Shown: positions 30,947 through 40,882 of the stretch, piece after piece
How positions within the stretch are numbered: position 1 is the first letter of the stretch
How the letters are laid out: each line of letters starts with the position of its first letter
Virus record (IMG/VR): IMGVR_UViG_3300020336_000481
Span: 83,341 to 147,340 of that record
Reading direction: 5' to 3' (one strand)
Source: a virus
Lineage: Duplodnaviria > Caudoviricetes
DNA: 64,000 bases
Translations under genes and position numbers: made by a program
The notes under the pieces: model-generated
Database searches by the model: none
Seen by the model: only the letters and a program-made list of their open reading frames with translations
Told to the model about the DNA's origin: nothing

Positions 30947-31321
30947 ATGGCGCAAACAAACTTACCAGTAACTCCAGCAAAGAAAGGAAGCGATAGTGAT
31001 GTAAAGAATTTCTTTAATCAATACTTTACAGAAAAACTTTCATTTCCATCTAATGATGTAGATGCAGTTATAGGATTTTTTGAGTCAAGAGATTTTGAAC
31101 GGACTGCGGCAATTAGTGTTGCTACAGCATTATTAGAACAAGCAAAAATAGACGATGTAAAAGTATTTAAATTACTTGATACGCTTAAAGGATTAGACAA
31201 TGTACAACTTAGCGTAGTAGTAGGAGAAGTTTTAAACTTTAATAGATCTAAAACATCTACATTAGGTTTTAAACGTGATAGTAATGTATCTAAACTTGAG
31301 CAACGTAATGTAAAGGTATAA
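30947..31321 (+). CDS. Hypothetical morphogenesis-cluster protein
   Basis: 124 aa ORF tightly packed in the operon. Confidence 0.55.
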   Translation: MAQTNLPVTPAKKGSDSDVKNFFNQYFTEKLSFPSNDVDAVIGFFESRDFERTAAISVATALLEQAKIDDVKVFKLLDTLKGLDNVQLSVVVGEVLNFNRSKTSTLGFKRDSNVSKLEQRNVKV

Positions 31322-31322
31322 G

Positions 31323-31757
31323 ATGTCTCGTTTTGCTCAAGGCAAGTATACCTTAAAAAATCCCGAAAAATATTCTGGAACTAAAACTCCTACTTACCGT
31401 AGTAGTTGGGAATTTGCCTTTATGCGTTTCTGTGACGAGCATCCTAGTGTAAGTCAATGGGCTAGTGAAGCAGTACGCATACCATATAAAAATCCACTTA
31501 CAGGTAAGCACACTATATATGTGCCAGACTTTTTTATTGTATACTCAGATCAAAAAGGCAAACAACGAGTAGAACTAATAGAAGTTAAACCTGCAAATCA
31601 AACAATTAAAGAAAAACTAGGAAGATCAAGACACAATCAAGCGGCATGGGTAGTCAATCAAGTTAAGTGGGAAGCGGCTAGAGCATGGTGCAGACAAAAG
31701 AAAATATTTTTTCGTGTAGTAACGGAAACTGATATTTTCCATCAAGGAAGTAGATAA
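31323..31757 (+). CDS. Head completion nuclease (T4 gp4-like, TnsA-type)
   Basis: YRSSWE, WASE, YVPDF, IEVKP, KWEAA. Confidence 0.85.
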   Translation: MSRFAQGKYTLKNPEKYSGTKTPTYRSSWEFAFMRFCDEHPSVSQWASEAVRIPYKNPLTGKHTIYVPDFFIVYSDQKGKQRVELIEVKPANQTIKEKLGRSRHNQAAWVVNQVKWEAARAWCRQKKIFFRVVTETDIFHQGSR

Positions 31758-32359
31758 TGTTAGATTATGAAACATATAAAGAAAAAATGTTAACTATTGC
31801 AAACCAATACGATAAAAGAGCTCGAGGAGGAAAGTATATCCGTAAGTGGGATTATCATTGGTTAGAAAAAAAGTTTTTTTATGACTACGGAGATTTTAGT
31901 AATATGAAAACAGTTATTGACATAGGAACAGGAGTCGGTATGCTACCGTACTTGCTTATGTCAAAAGGCCACCAAGTTGAAGCTACAGATATAGCAGAAG
32001 ATATTTCAGGACCTATGTTTACACAATGTTGTGATTTAATTGGTCTTAAAAGACATTCATTGTTTATAAATGATAGTAAGCCAATGGACTTTCCAGGAAA
32101 ATACGATATGCTTGTTGCTACTAGAACTGAGTTTGATAGAGAGTGTTTAACACCCGGTGATATATTTAATTGGAAGTTCTTTTTAGATGATGCGTTTAAA
32201 TACGTAAAAAGAGTATATATAAAAACAAATTTTGCTGGAAGTGGTAACCATTTTCCTGATTATATACGTCCTTTTGTAAGTAATCCCGGCGGTCCAGGAA
32301 CTGGATTAGGTAAACCTTATAGAGCATATTACATAAAAGTAGATAAAGACCAATGGTAA
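31757..32359 (+). CDS. Class I SAM-dependent methyltransferase
   Basis: VIDIGTGVGML motif I. Confidence 0.65.
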   Translation: MLDYETYKEKMLTIANQYDKRARGGKYIRKWDYHWLEKKFFYDYGDFSNMKTVIDIGTGVGMLPYLLMSKGHQVEATDIAEDISGPMFTQCCDLIGLKRHSLFINDSKPMDFPGKYDMLVATRTEFDRECLTPGDIFNWKFFLDDAFKYVKRVYIKTNFAGSGNHFPDYIRPFVSNPGGPGTGLGKPYRAYYIKVDKDQW

Positions 32360-32394
32360 GGATAAATAATAGTAGCAGTTAATAGGAATATACT

Positions 32395-32886
32395 ATGACT
32401 AAAAAACTTGAAGAAATGTTAAACTTGCCTGATTCTAAAGAACTTATCGAAAAAGCTAAGAATAAAGATAAAGCAGAAACAGCAGTAATAGAACAAAAAG
32501 AAACAATGCGTGATATTGCTGAGTTTGACAAAATAGCGGCCGCATTACCAGCTGTAAAAGGCTTAGGTGAAATGGCGGATAAGGAACTAAACGAAGTTGC
32601 TCAAAAAGCAATGGATGCCTATGACGATTTAATGGATTTAGGTATGAACGTTGAAAGCCGTTATAGTGGCCGAGTATTTGAAGTTGCTGGCGGAATGCTT
32701 AAAACTAGTTTAGATGCTAAAGTTGCAAAAATGGATAAGAAACTTAAAATGATAGAATTACAACTTAAGAAAGAAAAACTTGATAACGACTCTGGACCAA
32801 ATGAAGACGGCATAGTAAATGGCGAAGGTTACGTAGTATCAGATCGTAATACTTTGCTAGAGAAACTGCGTAATATTGATAAATAA
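32395..32886 (+). CDS. Probable terminase small subunit (gp16-like)
   Basis: Helical; GRVFEVAGGMLK and DRNTLL resemble gp16; upstream of TerL. Confidence 0.5.
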   Translation: MTKKLEEMLNLPDSKELIEKAKNKDKAETAVIEQKETMRDIAEFDKIAAALPAVKGLGEMADKELNEVAQKAMDAYDDLMDLGMNVESRYSGRVFEVAGGMLKTSLDAKVAKMDKKLKMIELQLKKEKLDNDSGPNEDGIVNGEGYVVSDRNTLLEKLRNIDK

Positions 32887-32905
32887 TGTATAAGGAATAG
32901 GTAAT

Positions 32906-33475
32906 ATGAAAAATTTTATAGATATACTTACAGAGTCTGCAAAAACTTATAAGTTCAAAATTAGAATAGCTGGCGAAATGCCAGAAGGTTTCCAAGACAC
33001 AATGGAAACAGCATTACAAAAATATGAACTTATAAATTGTAGTGCAGGTAAGCGTACACCTATTCAGGAAAAACCTTTAGATTTTCCACAACTACAAAAT
33101 ATGGAAGTACACAACTTTGAATGCGAAGTAAAGTATCCTACAACTCCGCATGTACTAGAACATTATCTAGTAAATGCATGTGGTGTAACACACAGCCATA
33201 TTATTGTTAGAGGTGAAAATGATCCTATTGAAACTCAACAGGATGGAATTGCTTCTTCGGAAACATATCAATCTATGCTAGATACAGAAGAAATGAGTAA
33301 ACCAGATCCAGAAGCTCACAAACAAGTTGGCGGTGGTAGAGTTATGGAATTACTTAAAGAACTGGAAAAAGCATCTAAAGAAAAAGAAATAGATCCTATT
33401 GCAGATATAAAACCTGGCGATAGTAAAGATATTTCACCAGAACAAAATAATACAAGTCCAATAGGGAGCAAATAA
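32906..33475 (+). CDS. Hypothetical, probable internal head protein
   Basis: N-terminus MKNFIDILTES resembles the T4 capsid-targeting sequence. Confidence 0.45.
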   Translation: MKNFIDILTESAKTYKFKIRIAGEMPEGFQDTMETALQKYELINCSAGKRTPIQEKPLDFPQLQNMEVHNFECEVKYPTTPHVLEHYLVNACGVTHSHIIVRGENDPIETQQDGIASSETYQSMLDTEEMSKPDPEAHKQVGGGRVMELLKELEKASKEKEIDPIADIKPGDSKDISPEQNNTSPIGSK

Positions 33476-34278
33476 TGAAATTAGTGGATCTTAAAGATTT
33501 ATATAAAGAAATAGTTCTAATCGACGAGGGTAAAGATAAGTTACCTTCAAAAGCACACGTAATGAAGATGTGTAAAGATGGAATGACAAAAGCAGAAATG
33601 TGCAAGATGCATCCAAACTGTGATCAAGACAAACTTAAAGCTATGATCGATGATTGTAAAAAAGAAATGAAAGAAAACGTTAACGAAGCTTCGTCAATGA
33701 ATATTTCAATGTCAGGTGAAACATCGTCAGAAGTTGCAGAGTTAATGAACATGCTTAAAAATGCAGGAATGCCTGATGCTAAACCAGTAGGTCCAGTATC
33801 GCTTCCGATGGACGGACCAATGGACGGACCAATGGACAGACCAAATGACGGTCATGATGACATGGTATCTAAATTAAAAATGCTTGGCAAACAAGGACCA
33901 GCATCAAGTCCATGTGAAGATGATGTTGAAGAAGATGATAGATATTCAGCAAGTACAGAACCTGATCCAGAATATAAAGATGATGATTATATGATTCATG
34001 ACTTAGCAGGTGGTTTAAATAGAAGTAAAAAACAATACACTAAAGCACAAGATGGCGACAATCCAATAGCTGTAGAAAATAGCATTTATGAAGAATTAAA
34101 AGCTAGATACGAAGCAGCTAAAGCAGAAGCTAAATTTGACGAAATGGGCTGTAAAAAAGAAATGATGAAACTTAACGCAAGTGGTTGTACAAAAGAATCT
34201 ATGTATAAAAAAGTTAACGCAGAATATAATTGCGGAAGAGAAAAGTTTGAAAAGTTATACGCAAGTAATTGTGGTTAA
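33475..34278 (+). CDS. Hypothetical, probable internal head/core protein with Cys/Met-rich modules
   Basis: Acidic, low complexity, several hydrophobic-x-E sites. Confidence 0.45.
   Translation: MKLVDLKDLYKEIVLIDEGKDKLPSKAHVMKMCKDGMTKAEMCKMHPNCDQDKLKAMIDDCKKEMKENVNEASSMNISMSGETSSEVAELMNMLKNAGMPDAKPVGPVSLPMDGPMDGPMDRPNDGHDDMVSKLKMLGKQGPASSPCEDDVEEDDRYSASTEPDPEYKDDDYMIHDLAGGLNRSKKQYTKAQDGDNPIAVENSIYEELKARYEAAKAEAKFDEMGCKKEMMKLNASGCTKESMYKKVNAEYNCGREKFEKLYASNCG
33808..33843 (+). repeat. 12-bp tandem repeat x3 (coding MDGP/MDRP)
   Basis: ATGGACGGACCA ATGGACGGACCA ATGGACAGACCA. Confidence 0.85.
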
Positions 34279-34302
34279 TAATAATTAACTCCCTCCAGAC
34301 TC

Positions 34303-34329
34303 AATAGGGCCTACGGGCCCTATTTTTTT
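34303..34329 (+). terminator. Rho-independent terminator with UACG tetraloop
   Basis: AATAGGGCC-TACG-GGCCCTATT then T-run. Confidence 0.85.
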
Positions 34330-34343
34330 GGTTAAATACTTAT

Positions 34344-35924
34344 ATGAGCAAAAGTTTAGACGGCGTTTTAACAAAAAAAGCCAATCAAAAAGAAACATTT
34401 ACAGAAGATCAAATACAAGACCTTGCTAAATGCATGGATCCTAAAGAAGGATACTTATATTTTGCACGTAAGTTTGCGTATATACAGCATCCTGTAAAAG
34501 GTAAGTTACTGTTTGATCCTTACATATATCAAGAAGGTCTAATGCTTAGTTACCATAACCATCGTTTTAATATAAACATGTTACCAAGGCAAACAGGTAA
34601 AACTACATGCGCCGGCATTTACTTGTTATGGTACGCTATGTTTAATCCAGACCAAACAATACTTATTGCCGCACACAAGTATGCAGGTGCTCAAGAGATT
34701 ATGCAACGTATTAGATACGCATATGAACTATGTCCTGATCATGTTAGAGCAGGTGTTACAAACTACAACAAAGGTAGTATGGAGTTTGAAAACGGATCAC
34801 GTATTGTTAGTGCTACTACAACAGGAAACACAGGACGTGGTATGAGTATTTCATTATTATACTGTGACGAGTTTGCATTTGTTAATCCGGGTATTGCACA
34901 AGAGTTTTGGACTTCGATATCACCTACACTAGCAACAGGTGGTCGTGCTATTATTACTAGTACACCTAATTCAGATGAAGATACATTTGCTACTATTTGG
35001 AAACAAGCCGAAGAGAAGTTTGACGAACACGGTAATGAGCAAGAGATAGGCATAAATGGATTCCACAGTTTTACATGTTCGTGGGACGAACATCCTGACA
35101 GAGACGACGAATGGAAAGTAGAAGAAATTGGTCGAATTGGTGAAGAAAGATTTAGGCGTGAATATGGTTGTGAATTTTTAGTATATGATGAAACATTAAT
35201 TAACAGTATTCATTTAGCAAACATGGAAGGATCACAACCTTTAATGAATATGGGTCAGACACGCTGGTATAAAAAGATAATGAAAAATCAAACATATTGC
35301 ATAGCACTAGATCCTGCAATGGGTACTGGGGGCGACTTTGCTGCAATACAAGTATTTGAAGTACCTAGTTATGAACAAGTTGCAGAATGGCGACACAACA
35401 CTTCTCCTATTCCTACACAAATACGAATATTAAAAGATATATGTGATTATATTCAAGAACAACAAGATTCGTCTAGTGGTATATATTGGAGTGTTGAAAA
35501 TAACTCAATAGGTGAAGCCGCACTAATTGTTATTAATGATTTTGGTGAAGAAAATATCCCTGGTATGTTTGTAAGTGAACCTATACGTAAAGGACATGTA
35601 CGTAAGTTTCGAAAAGGATTCAATACAACACACGGTACAAAAATCAGTGCATGTGCTAGACTAAAAACTATGATAGAAAATAACAAAATGAAATTACATT
35701 CTGGGGCTTTATTAAGTGAACTTAAAGGTTATATTGCAACAGGAAATAGTTTTAAAGCTAAAACAGGCGATACTGATGATCTTGTAAGTGCAGTGCTTCT
35801 AGTCATTAGAATGATGGTTGTATTAAAGGATTGGGATCCAAGAGTATACAATACCTTTGTAACTATAGAAAATGAGGAAGATTATGAACCGCCAATGCCT
35901 ATATTTGTTTCTACCAATTATTGA
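34344..35924 (+). CDS. Terminase large subunit (gp17-like)
   Basis: PRQTGKTT Walker A, LLYCDEFAF Walker B, ITSTPN, ALDPAMG, DDLV. Confidence 0.95.
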   Translation: MSKSLDGVLTKKANQKETFTEDQIQDLAKCMDPKEGYLYFARKFAYIQHPVKGKLLFDPYIYQEGLMLSYHNHRFNINMLPRQTGKTTCAGIYLLWYAMFNPDQTILIAAHKYAGAQEIMQRIRYAYELCPDHVRAGVTNYNKGSMEFENGSRIVSATTTGNTGRGMSISLLYCDEFAFVNPGIAQEFWTSISPTLATGGRAIITSTPNSDEDTFATIWKQAEEKFDEHGNEQEIGINGFHSFTCSWDEHPDRDDEWKVEEIGRIGEERFRREYGCEFLVYDETLINSIHLANMEGSQPLMNMGQTRWYKKIMKNQTYCIALDPAMGTGGDFAAIQVFEVPSYEQVAEWRHNTSPIPTQIRILKDICDYIQEQQDSSSGIYWSVENNSIGEAALIVINDFGEENIPGMFVSEPIRKGHVRKFRKGFNTTHGTKISACARLKTMIENNKMKLHSGALLSELKGYIATGNSFKAKTGDTDDLVSAVLLVIRMMVVLKDWDPRVYNTFVTIENEEDYEPPMPIFVSTNY

Positions 35925-35938
35925 TAAATACTTGCAAC

Positions 35939-37981
35939 ATGGATAAGAACTTAAACGTAATAGCAGAAGAGCTTTTTAATAAAATCAGGGGAAGATTCCC
36001 ATCTGTAACAATTGGTAACGACGAAGGTAAAGTTACTAATGTACCTACCGAAGCTAGATTTTTTGATTTTAACTTTACAGAAGGGGCTAATGACTTAGGT
36101 AAAGTAAGTATTAGTTTAGAAGACAAAGCGATTGCTATAATGTATAGTAACAGTTTTATCACAGCAGAAGATACTTTAACAAAAAACAAATGGTACGATT
36201 TTTTAAAAGAGATAAGATTTTTTGCTAAGAAAAGATTACTTAACTTTGATACAAGAGACATAACTAAGAGTAACTTAAACAAAAGAGATTATAAGTTTTT
36301 AGCATCAAATACCGGAGAGCAAACAATGTCAGAATCGAAATTATACGGAACAAGCCGTATTAGCTATCAGGATGTTGATTCAGCAAGAATAAACATTAGG
36401 CATAATAGATCAGTAAACCCTGATTTACCAGCAGGTAGAACACAATACATCGAAACAATTTACATAGAAAGTTCAGACGGTGAACGCTTTAAATATCCAT
36501 ACAAACATCTAAGTGGTGCAAGAGCAATGGCAAGACACGTTGCTGAAGGTGGCAAACCATACGATAAATTTGGAACACAAATTGTAGGTCTTAGTGAAGA
36601 ATTAGCAAAACTTAAAAAATTTAAAATGGCATTAGGTCGTAATAACATTATGGCTGAAGGATTATCAGAATATACTAGTATTGTTACAGATCGTATTGAA
36701 GAAATTAAAGAAGGTATTCTTGCTTTACAAACTAAAGAAGCATATGAAATTACAAAAGAAACATTTGAACATATTTCTGTAGAAGAGAAGACAACCATGC
36801 CTGATGAGACTGCTGCTAATTGGATTGATCAACTAACAGTAAAACAATTTAACGAAGAACTTAAAGATACTTTTCCTTTTGTATATAGATTAGTAAAAGA
36901 AAAAACAACACCTAAAGAACTTAATAACATGGAAGATTTGTTAGGTGAAAATCAAATTGATGAAATTGCTGGTCCGGTAATAAAGGTTGCAAAAGAACTT
37001 TTTACAGCGGCAGGTTTTTCAAAAAAGATTGTAGCTGCACTTGCAACAGTAGGAGGTCTATTTGGACTTAAAAAGTTATTAGAAATTACAAGTCTAAAAA
37101 ATAGCCCATTAGGTAAAGCAATAAAAGCAAAATGTGATTCTGGAGACCCAACAACAATAGTTGACAGTAATGGTAAAGAATTAGGGTGGTGTGAGCACTA
37201 TGATCTATTAGACTTATATGCAGAAGCAGATAACTTATCTATTTGGACATTACACTCAATAGTATATGATGACAGTCCTTATAAAAATAATCCATATGTA
37301 ATACGTAGACTGAATAAAGGTCAGTCAGATGAATCAAATGATACTATCGATGTAAAGTTTGGCAAAGACGGAAGTATGGAAAAAGCAGATGATAAACCTA
37401 AAATTCCAGTAAGTGAATTTATTTTATCATTGTTTGATAGAAACAAAGGTACTTTTCCAAAAGGTGAAACAGCAGTATTAACAGCAGTAGAAAAAGATTA
37501 TGGCGAACAGTATATCAACCCTGCTAAACAGTTTATTGAAAAAATTACTACAAAGTTTGAAGAGTTAAACACAGAAGGCAATGCATACGCACACGCTGTA
37601 AGAAAAGCCAAAATGAATGGCAAGAAAAAAGGTGATGTAGTTGACGGCCCAGACGGCGACAAAATTGAATTAGAAAAGTTTGACCCAAGACAAGAACAAA
37701 GCCGTGAAGCTCAAGCAATGGAAGAACTAATGACAGCATATGAGCAAGGTGGCGAAGAATCCCTAGCAAAAGAAATGGGAATAACTACGCAAGAACTTGA
37801 TCAAGAAATCAATGAAATGGGTAGAGAACATAACTTACACCCAGACGATGATAGAGATGAAATTATCGAACGTGTTGTTGAAGCAACAGTTGACAATGCT
37901 GATTGGGAAGAACAGTTTGAAGCTATGCAACGATTAGCTGGTTTAGACAGTCAAAAAAAAAGACTAACGAATCAAAGTTAG
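35939..37981 (+). CDS. Large hypothetical, probable head/internal protein
   Basis: Acidic modular ORF after TAAATA (35925-35930); possible internal start MSESKLYG with GGAG; ends RLAGLDSQKKRLTNQS. Confidence 0.55.
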   Translation: MDKNLNVIAEELFNKIRGRFPSVTIGNDEGKVTNVPTEARFFDFNFTEGANDLGKVSISLEDKAIAIMYSNSFITAEDTLTKNKWYDFLKEIRFFAKKRLLNFDTRDITKSNLNKRDYKFLASNTGEQTMSESKLYGTSRISYQDVDSARINIRHNRSVNPDLPAGRTQYIETIYIESSDGERFKYPYKHLSGARAMARHVAEGGKPYDKFGTQIVGLSEELAKLKKFKMALGRNNIMAEGLSEYTSIVTDRIEEIKEGILALQTKEAYEITKETFEHISVEEKTTMPDETAANWIDQLTVKQFNEELKDTFPFVYRLVKEKTTPKELNNMEDLLGENQIDEIAGPVIKVAKELFTAAGFSKKIVAALATVGGLFGLKKLLEITSLKNSPLGKAIKAKCDSGDPTTIVDSNGKELGWCEHYDLLDLYAEADNLSIWTLHSIVYDDSPYKNNPYVIRRLNKGQSDESNDTIDVKFGKDGSMEKADDKPKIPVSEFILSLFDRNKGTFPKGETAVLTAVEKDYGEQYINPAKQFIEKITTKFEELNTEGNAYAHAVRKAKMNGKKKGDVVDGPDGDKIELEKFDPRQEQSREAQAMEELMTAYEQGGEESLAKEMGITTQELDQEINEMGREHNLHPDDDRDEIIERVVEATVDNADWEEQFEAMQRLAGLDSQKKRLTNQS

Positions 37982-38037
37982 CACCAAAATCCCCCGATTG
38001 GAAAACTGTTAAACTTTTAGGTGAAACCCTTTATATA

Positions 38038-38394
38038 ATGGGAGACGATATAGAGCACGTTATTGCTGCAGACGGTTTACCAATATACAATGGTTCTCGC
38101 ACACAACTAATACGTTACGGTCAAACCAATATAGAAAAAGCAGGATACGGATATCCAACAGATTACACTCAAATAATGGACACTTGGATTAATAAAAATC
38201 AATATGATGAATTTCGAAAACTAAGAAGTTTATCAAACCCTAGTGATCGTATGCAGCTTGAGTATCTTAAACTATTACGTCCAAAGTTAAAAAATGTGTC
38301 AGGGATTGGACAAAAAATAGATAAATTATTAACATCAGCACCTTTTAAAGGATTTGATGTAGAAATTGATGATCCTACCTACGGTAACGCATAG
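38038..38394 (+). CDS. Hypothetical; possibly the -1 frameshift extension of the upstream gene
   Basis: No RBS; frame is open back through the A9 run at 37953-37961. Confidence 0.5.
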   Translation: MGDDIEHVIAADGLPIYNGSRTQLIRYGQTNIEKAGYGYPTDYTQIMDTWINKNQYDEFRKLRSLSNPSDRMQLEYLKLLRPKLKNVSGIGQKIDKLLTSAPFKGFDVEIDDPTYGNA

Positions 38395-38419
38395 ATTACC
38401 AAAAAAGATAAAAAATAGG

Positions 38420-38448
38420 TTGACTTTTACTAAATAATATCGTATAGT
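38420..38448 (+). promoter_or_regulatory. sigma70-like promoter with nested TAAATA
   Basis: TTGACT-17 nt-TATAGT upstream of the SSB gene. Confidence 0.65.
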
Positions 38449-38527
38449 ATATATTGTGCTGTACATATAAAGGCACAAGTAGCAATGTAGCTACTGCACA
38501 TAGGCATAACAAATAGGAGGCATAACT

Positions 38528-39511
38528 ATGGCATCATTGGCAGAAATCAGAGCAAAACTGAAAGAACAAGAATCACGCACAGGTGGTTCTCAAAGCGGCG
38601 GCGGCGATAACGCAATTTACCCATTTTGGAATATCAAAGAAGGCGAGTCGGCAACGATGCGTTTCTTACCAGATGGAGATGACACAAACACTTTCTTTTG
38701 GAAAGAACGTTTGATGATCAAACTTCCATTTGCAGGAGTTAAAGGTCAAACTGACTCACGTCCTGTACAAGTACAAGTTCCTTGTATGGAAATGTACGGA
38801 GAAGCATGTCCGGTACTACAAGAAGTACGTCCTTGGTTTAAAGATCCAAGTCTAGAAGATATGGGTCGTAAGTATTGGAAAAAGCGTTCATACGTATTCC
38901 AAGGGTTTGTAACGGAAAATCCACTTGCAGAAGATAGTGCTCCGGAGAATCCAATTCGAAGGTTTATTATTGGGCCACAAATTTTCCAAATTATTAAAGC
39001 GGCTCTTATGGATCCAGACATGGAAGAATTACCAACAGATTATACTGCTGGTGTAGACTTCCGTCTTAACAAAACAACCAAAGGTGGTTATGCAGATTAT
39101 TCAACATCTACTTGGGCTCGTAGAGAGCGTCCATTAAGTGATGCTGAAATGAATGCAGTAAACACACATGGTTTGTTTAACATGAGCGACTTTTTGCCTA
39201 AGAAGCCAGACGAAGTGGCTGTAAAAGTCATTAAAGAAATGTTTGAAGCATCAGTTGATGGTGAAGCATATGACATGGATCGTTTTGGTCAATATTTCCG
39301 TCCAGCGGGAATGTCGGCAAGAACGGGTGATCCACAAAATAGAACACCCGAAGCAAGTACTCCTGCTCCGACGTCAGCACCTGAGACAGCTACTACTCCA
39401 GCAGTAGAAACTGCAACGGCTCCTGAAGCACCAGCGGCTGAAGCGGCACCTGAAACAGGCAGTGGCGAAGCAAAAGATATCCTTGCAATGATTAGAGCAA
39501 GACAGTCTTAA
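38528..39511 (+). CDS. Single-stranded DNA-binding protein (gp32-like)
   Basis: RFLPDG, C...CPV, YWKKRSY, GYADYSTS, low-complexity tail; AGGAGG RBS. Confidence 0.85.
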   Translation: MASLAEIRAKLKEQESRTGGSQSGGGDNAIYPFWNIKEGESATMRFLPDGDDTNTFFWKERLMIKLPFAGVKGQTDSRPVQVQVPCMEMYGEACPVLQEVRPWFKDPSLEDMGRKYWKKRSYVFQGFVTENPLAEDSAPENPIRRFIIGPQIFQIIKAALMDPDMEELPTDYTAGVDFRLNKTTKGGYADYSTSTWARRERPLSDAEMNAVNTHGLFNMSDFLPKKPDEVAVKVIKEMFEASVDGEAYDMDRFGQYFRPAGMSARTGDPQNRTPEASTPAPTSAPETATTPAVETATAPEAPAAEAAPETGSGEAKDILAMIRARQS

Positions 39512-39525
39512 TATAAACAAGATTC

Positions 39526-39545
39526 GTAGGGGAGCAATCCCCTAC
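39526..39545 (+). other. GNRA-tetraloop hairpin between SSB and recombinase genes
   Basis: GTAGGGGA-GCAA-TCCCCTAC; no adjacent poly-T, so terminator role uncertain. Confidence 0.6.
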
Positions 39546-39566
39546 TAGCTTTAACAAGGAGAAAAT

Positions 39567-40646
39567 ATGGCTAAATCATTCGATGTAAGTAAATTTAGAA
39601 AAGACTTAACAAAGTCTATTCAAGGTATGAGTACAGGATTTAATGACCCAACTGATTGGGTTAGTACTGGCTCATATGCACTAAACTATCTTATTAGTGG
39701 TGACTTTCACAAAGGTGTTCCACTAGGTAAGGTAACAGTTTTTGCAGGAGAATCTGGCGCAGGCAAAAGTTATTTTGCGGCAGGTAATATTGTAAGAAAC
39801 GCACAAGAACAAGGCATCTACGTAGTTTTAATTGACTCAGAGAATGCACTTGACCAAGCATGGCTAGAAGCACTTGGTGTTGATTGTGACGAATCAAAAC
39901 TACTCAAGTTAAGTATGAGTATGATTGATGATGTTGCAAAAACTATCTCAACGTTTATGACAGACTATAAAGCAATGGACGAAACAGATCGTCCTAAAGT
40001 GTTGTTTGTAATTGATTCGTTGGGTATGTTGCTAACACCAACTGATGTTGATCAGTTTAACAAAGGTGATATGAAAGGTGATATGGGTCGTAAGCCTAAA
40101 GCACTAACATCACTTGTACGTAACACTGTTAACATGATTGGTGCTCATAACGTAGGTCTAGTATGTACTAACCACACATATGCATCACAAGATATGTTTG
40201 ATCCAGATGATAAAATCAGTGGCGGTCAAGGCTTTATCTATGCATCATCTATTGTAGTAGCAATGAAAAAATTGAAACTAAAAGAAGATGAAGACGGTAA
40301 TAAAACTAGTGAAGTGCATGGCATTAGAGCAGGTTGTAAAGTAATGAAAACTCGTTATGCAAAACCGTTCGAAGGCGTACAAGTAAAAATTCCATATTCA
40401 ACTGGTATGGATCCGTATAGCGGTATTGTAGATCTTTTTGAAAAGAAAGGCGTTATTGAAAAAACTGGTAATAGGTTAAAATACGTAATGTCCGACGGAA
40501 CAGAGATCCTAGAGTATCGTAAAAATTGGACAGGCGACAAATTAAAAGATGTTATGTCTGATTATCTTAAAAAAGAATCTTCTGTGGTAAATACCTCTGA
40601 TGTAGTTGAAGAAACTACTGAAGAATTATCTACAGAGGAGATTTAA
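39567..40646 (+). CDS. uvsX: RecA/UvsX recombinase
   Basis: GESGAGKS Walker A, IDSENA, VIDSLG, NHTY, SGGQG. Confidence 0.9.
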   Translation: MAKSFDVSKFRKDLTKSIQGMSTGFNDPTDWVSTGSYALNYLISGDFHKGVPLGKVTVFAGESGAGKSYFAAGNIVRNAQEQGIYVVLIDSENALDQAWLEALGVDCDESKLLKLSMSMIDDVAKTISTFMTDYKAMDETDRPKVLFVIDSLGMLLTPTDVDQFNKGDMKGDMGRKPKALTSLVRNTVNMIGAHNVGLVCTNHTYASQDMFDPDDKISGGQGFIYASSIVVAMKKLKLKEDEDGNKTSEVHGIRAGCKVMKTRYAKPFEGVQVKIPYSTGMDPYSGIVDLFEKKGVIEKTGNRLKYVMSDGTEILEYRKNWTGDKLKDVMSDYLKKESSVVNTSDVVEETTEELSTEEI

Positions 40647-40648
40647 AT

Positions 40649-40882
40649 ATGGACGAAGGTCAAATTACAGATAGCTGGAATTTGTTTAAAGAATATCTAG
40701 ATAAAAAGCAAATTGAACTTGTTGCTGAAAAATATGTAGATCTTTTAGCAGATTACGGTGTAGAAGACCAAACGTTAATAGCAACACTTGGTAGTTGCCC
40801 ACATCTTGATAATGCAATTAACTATTATTTAGATATGGATGATGAACTTGTTGCTGACGACGAAGTTGATTGGGATGAATAA
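40649..40882 (+). CDS. Small acidic hypothetical protein
   Basis: 77 aa ORF with GAGGAG RBS. Confidence 0.55.
   Translation: MDEGQITDSWNLFKEYLDKKQIELVAEKYVDLLADYGVEDQTLIATLGSCPHLDNAINYYLDMDDELVADDEVDWDE

Noticed and set aside
31323-31757. Tn7 TnsA transposase
   Set aside because: Same fold as T4 gp4 head-completion protein; morphogenesis context and no other Tns genes
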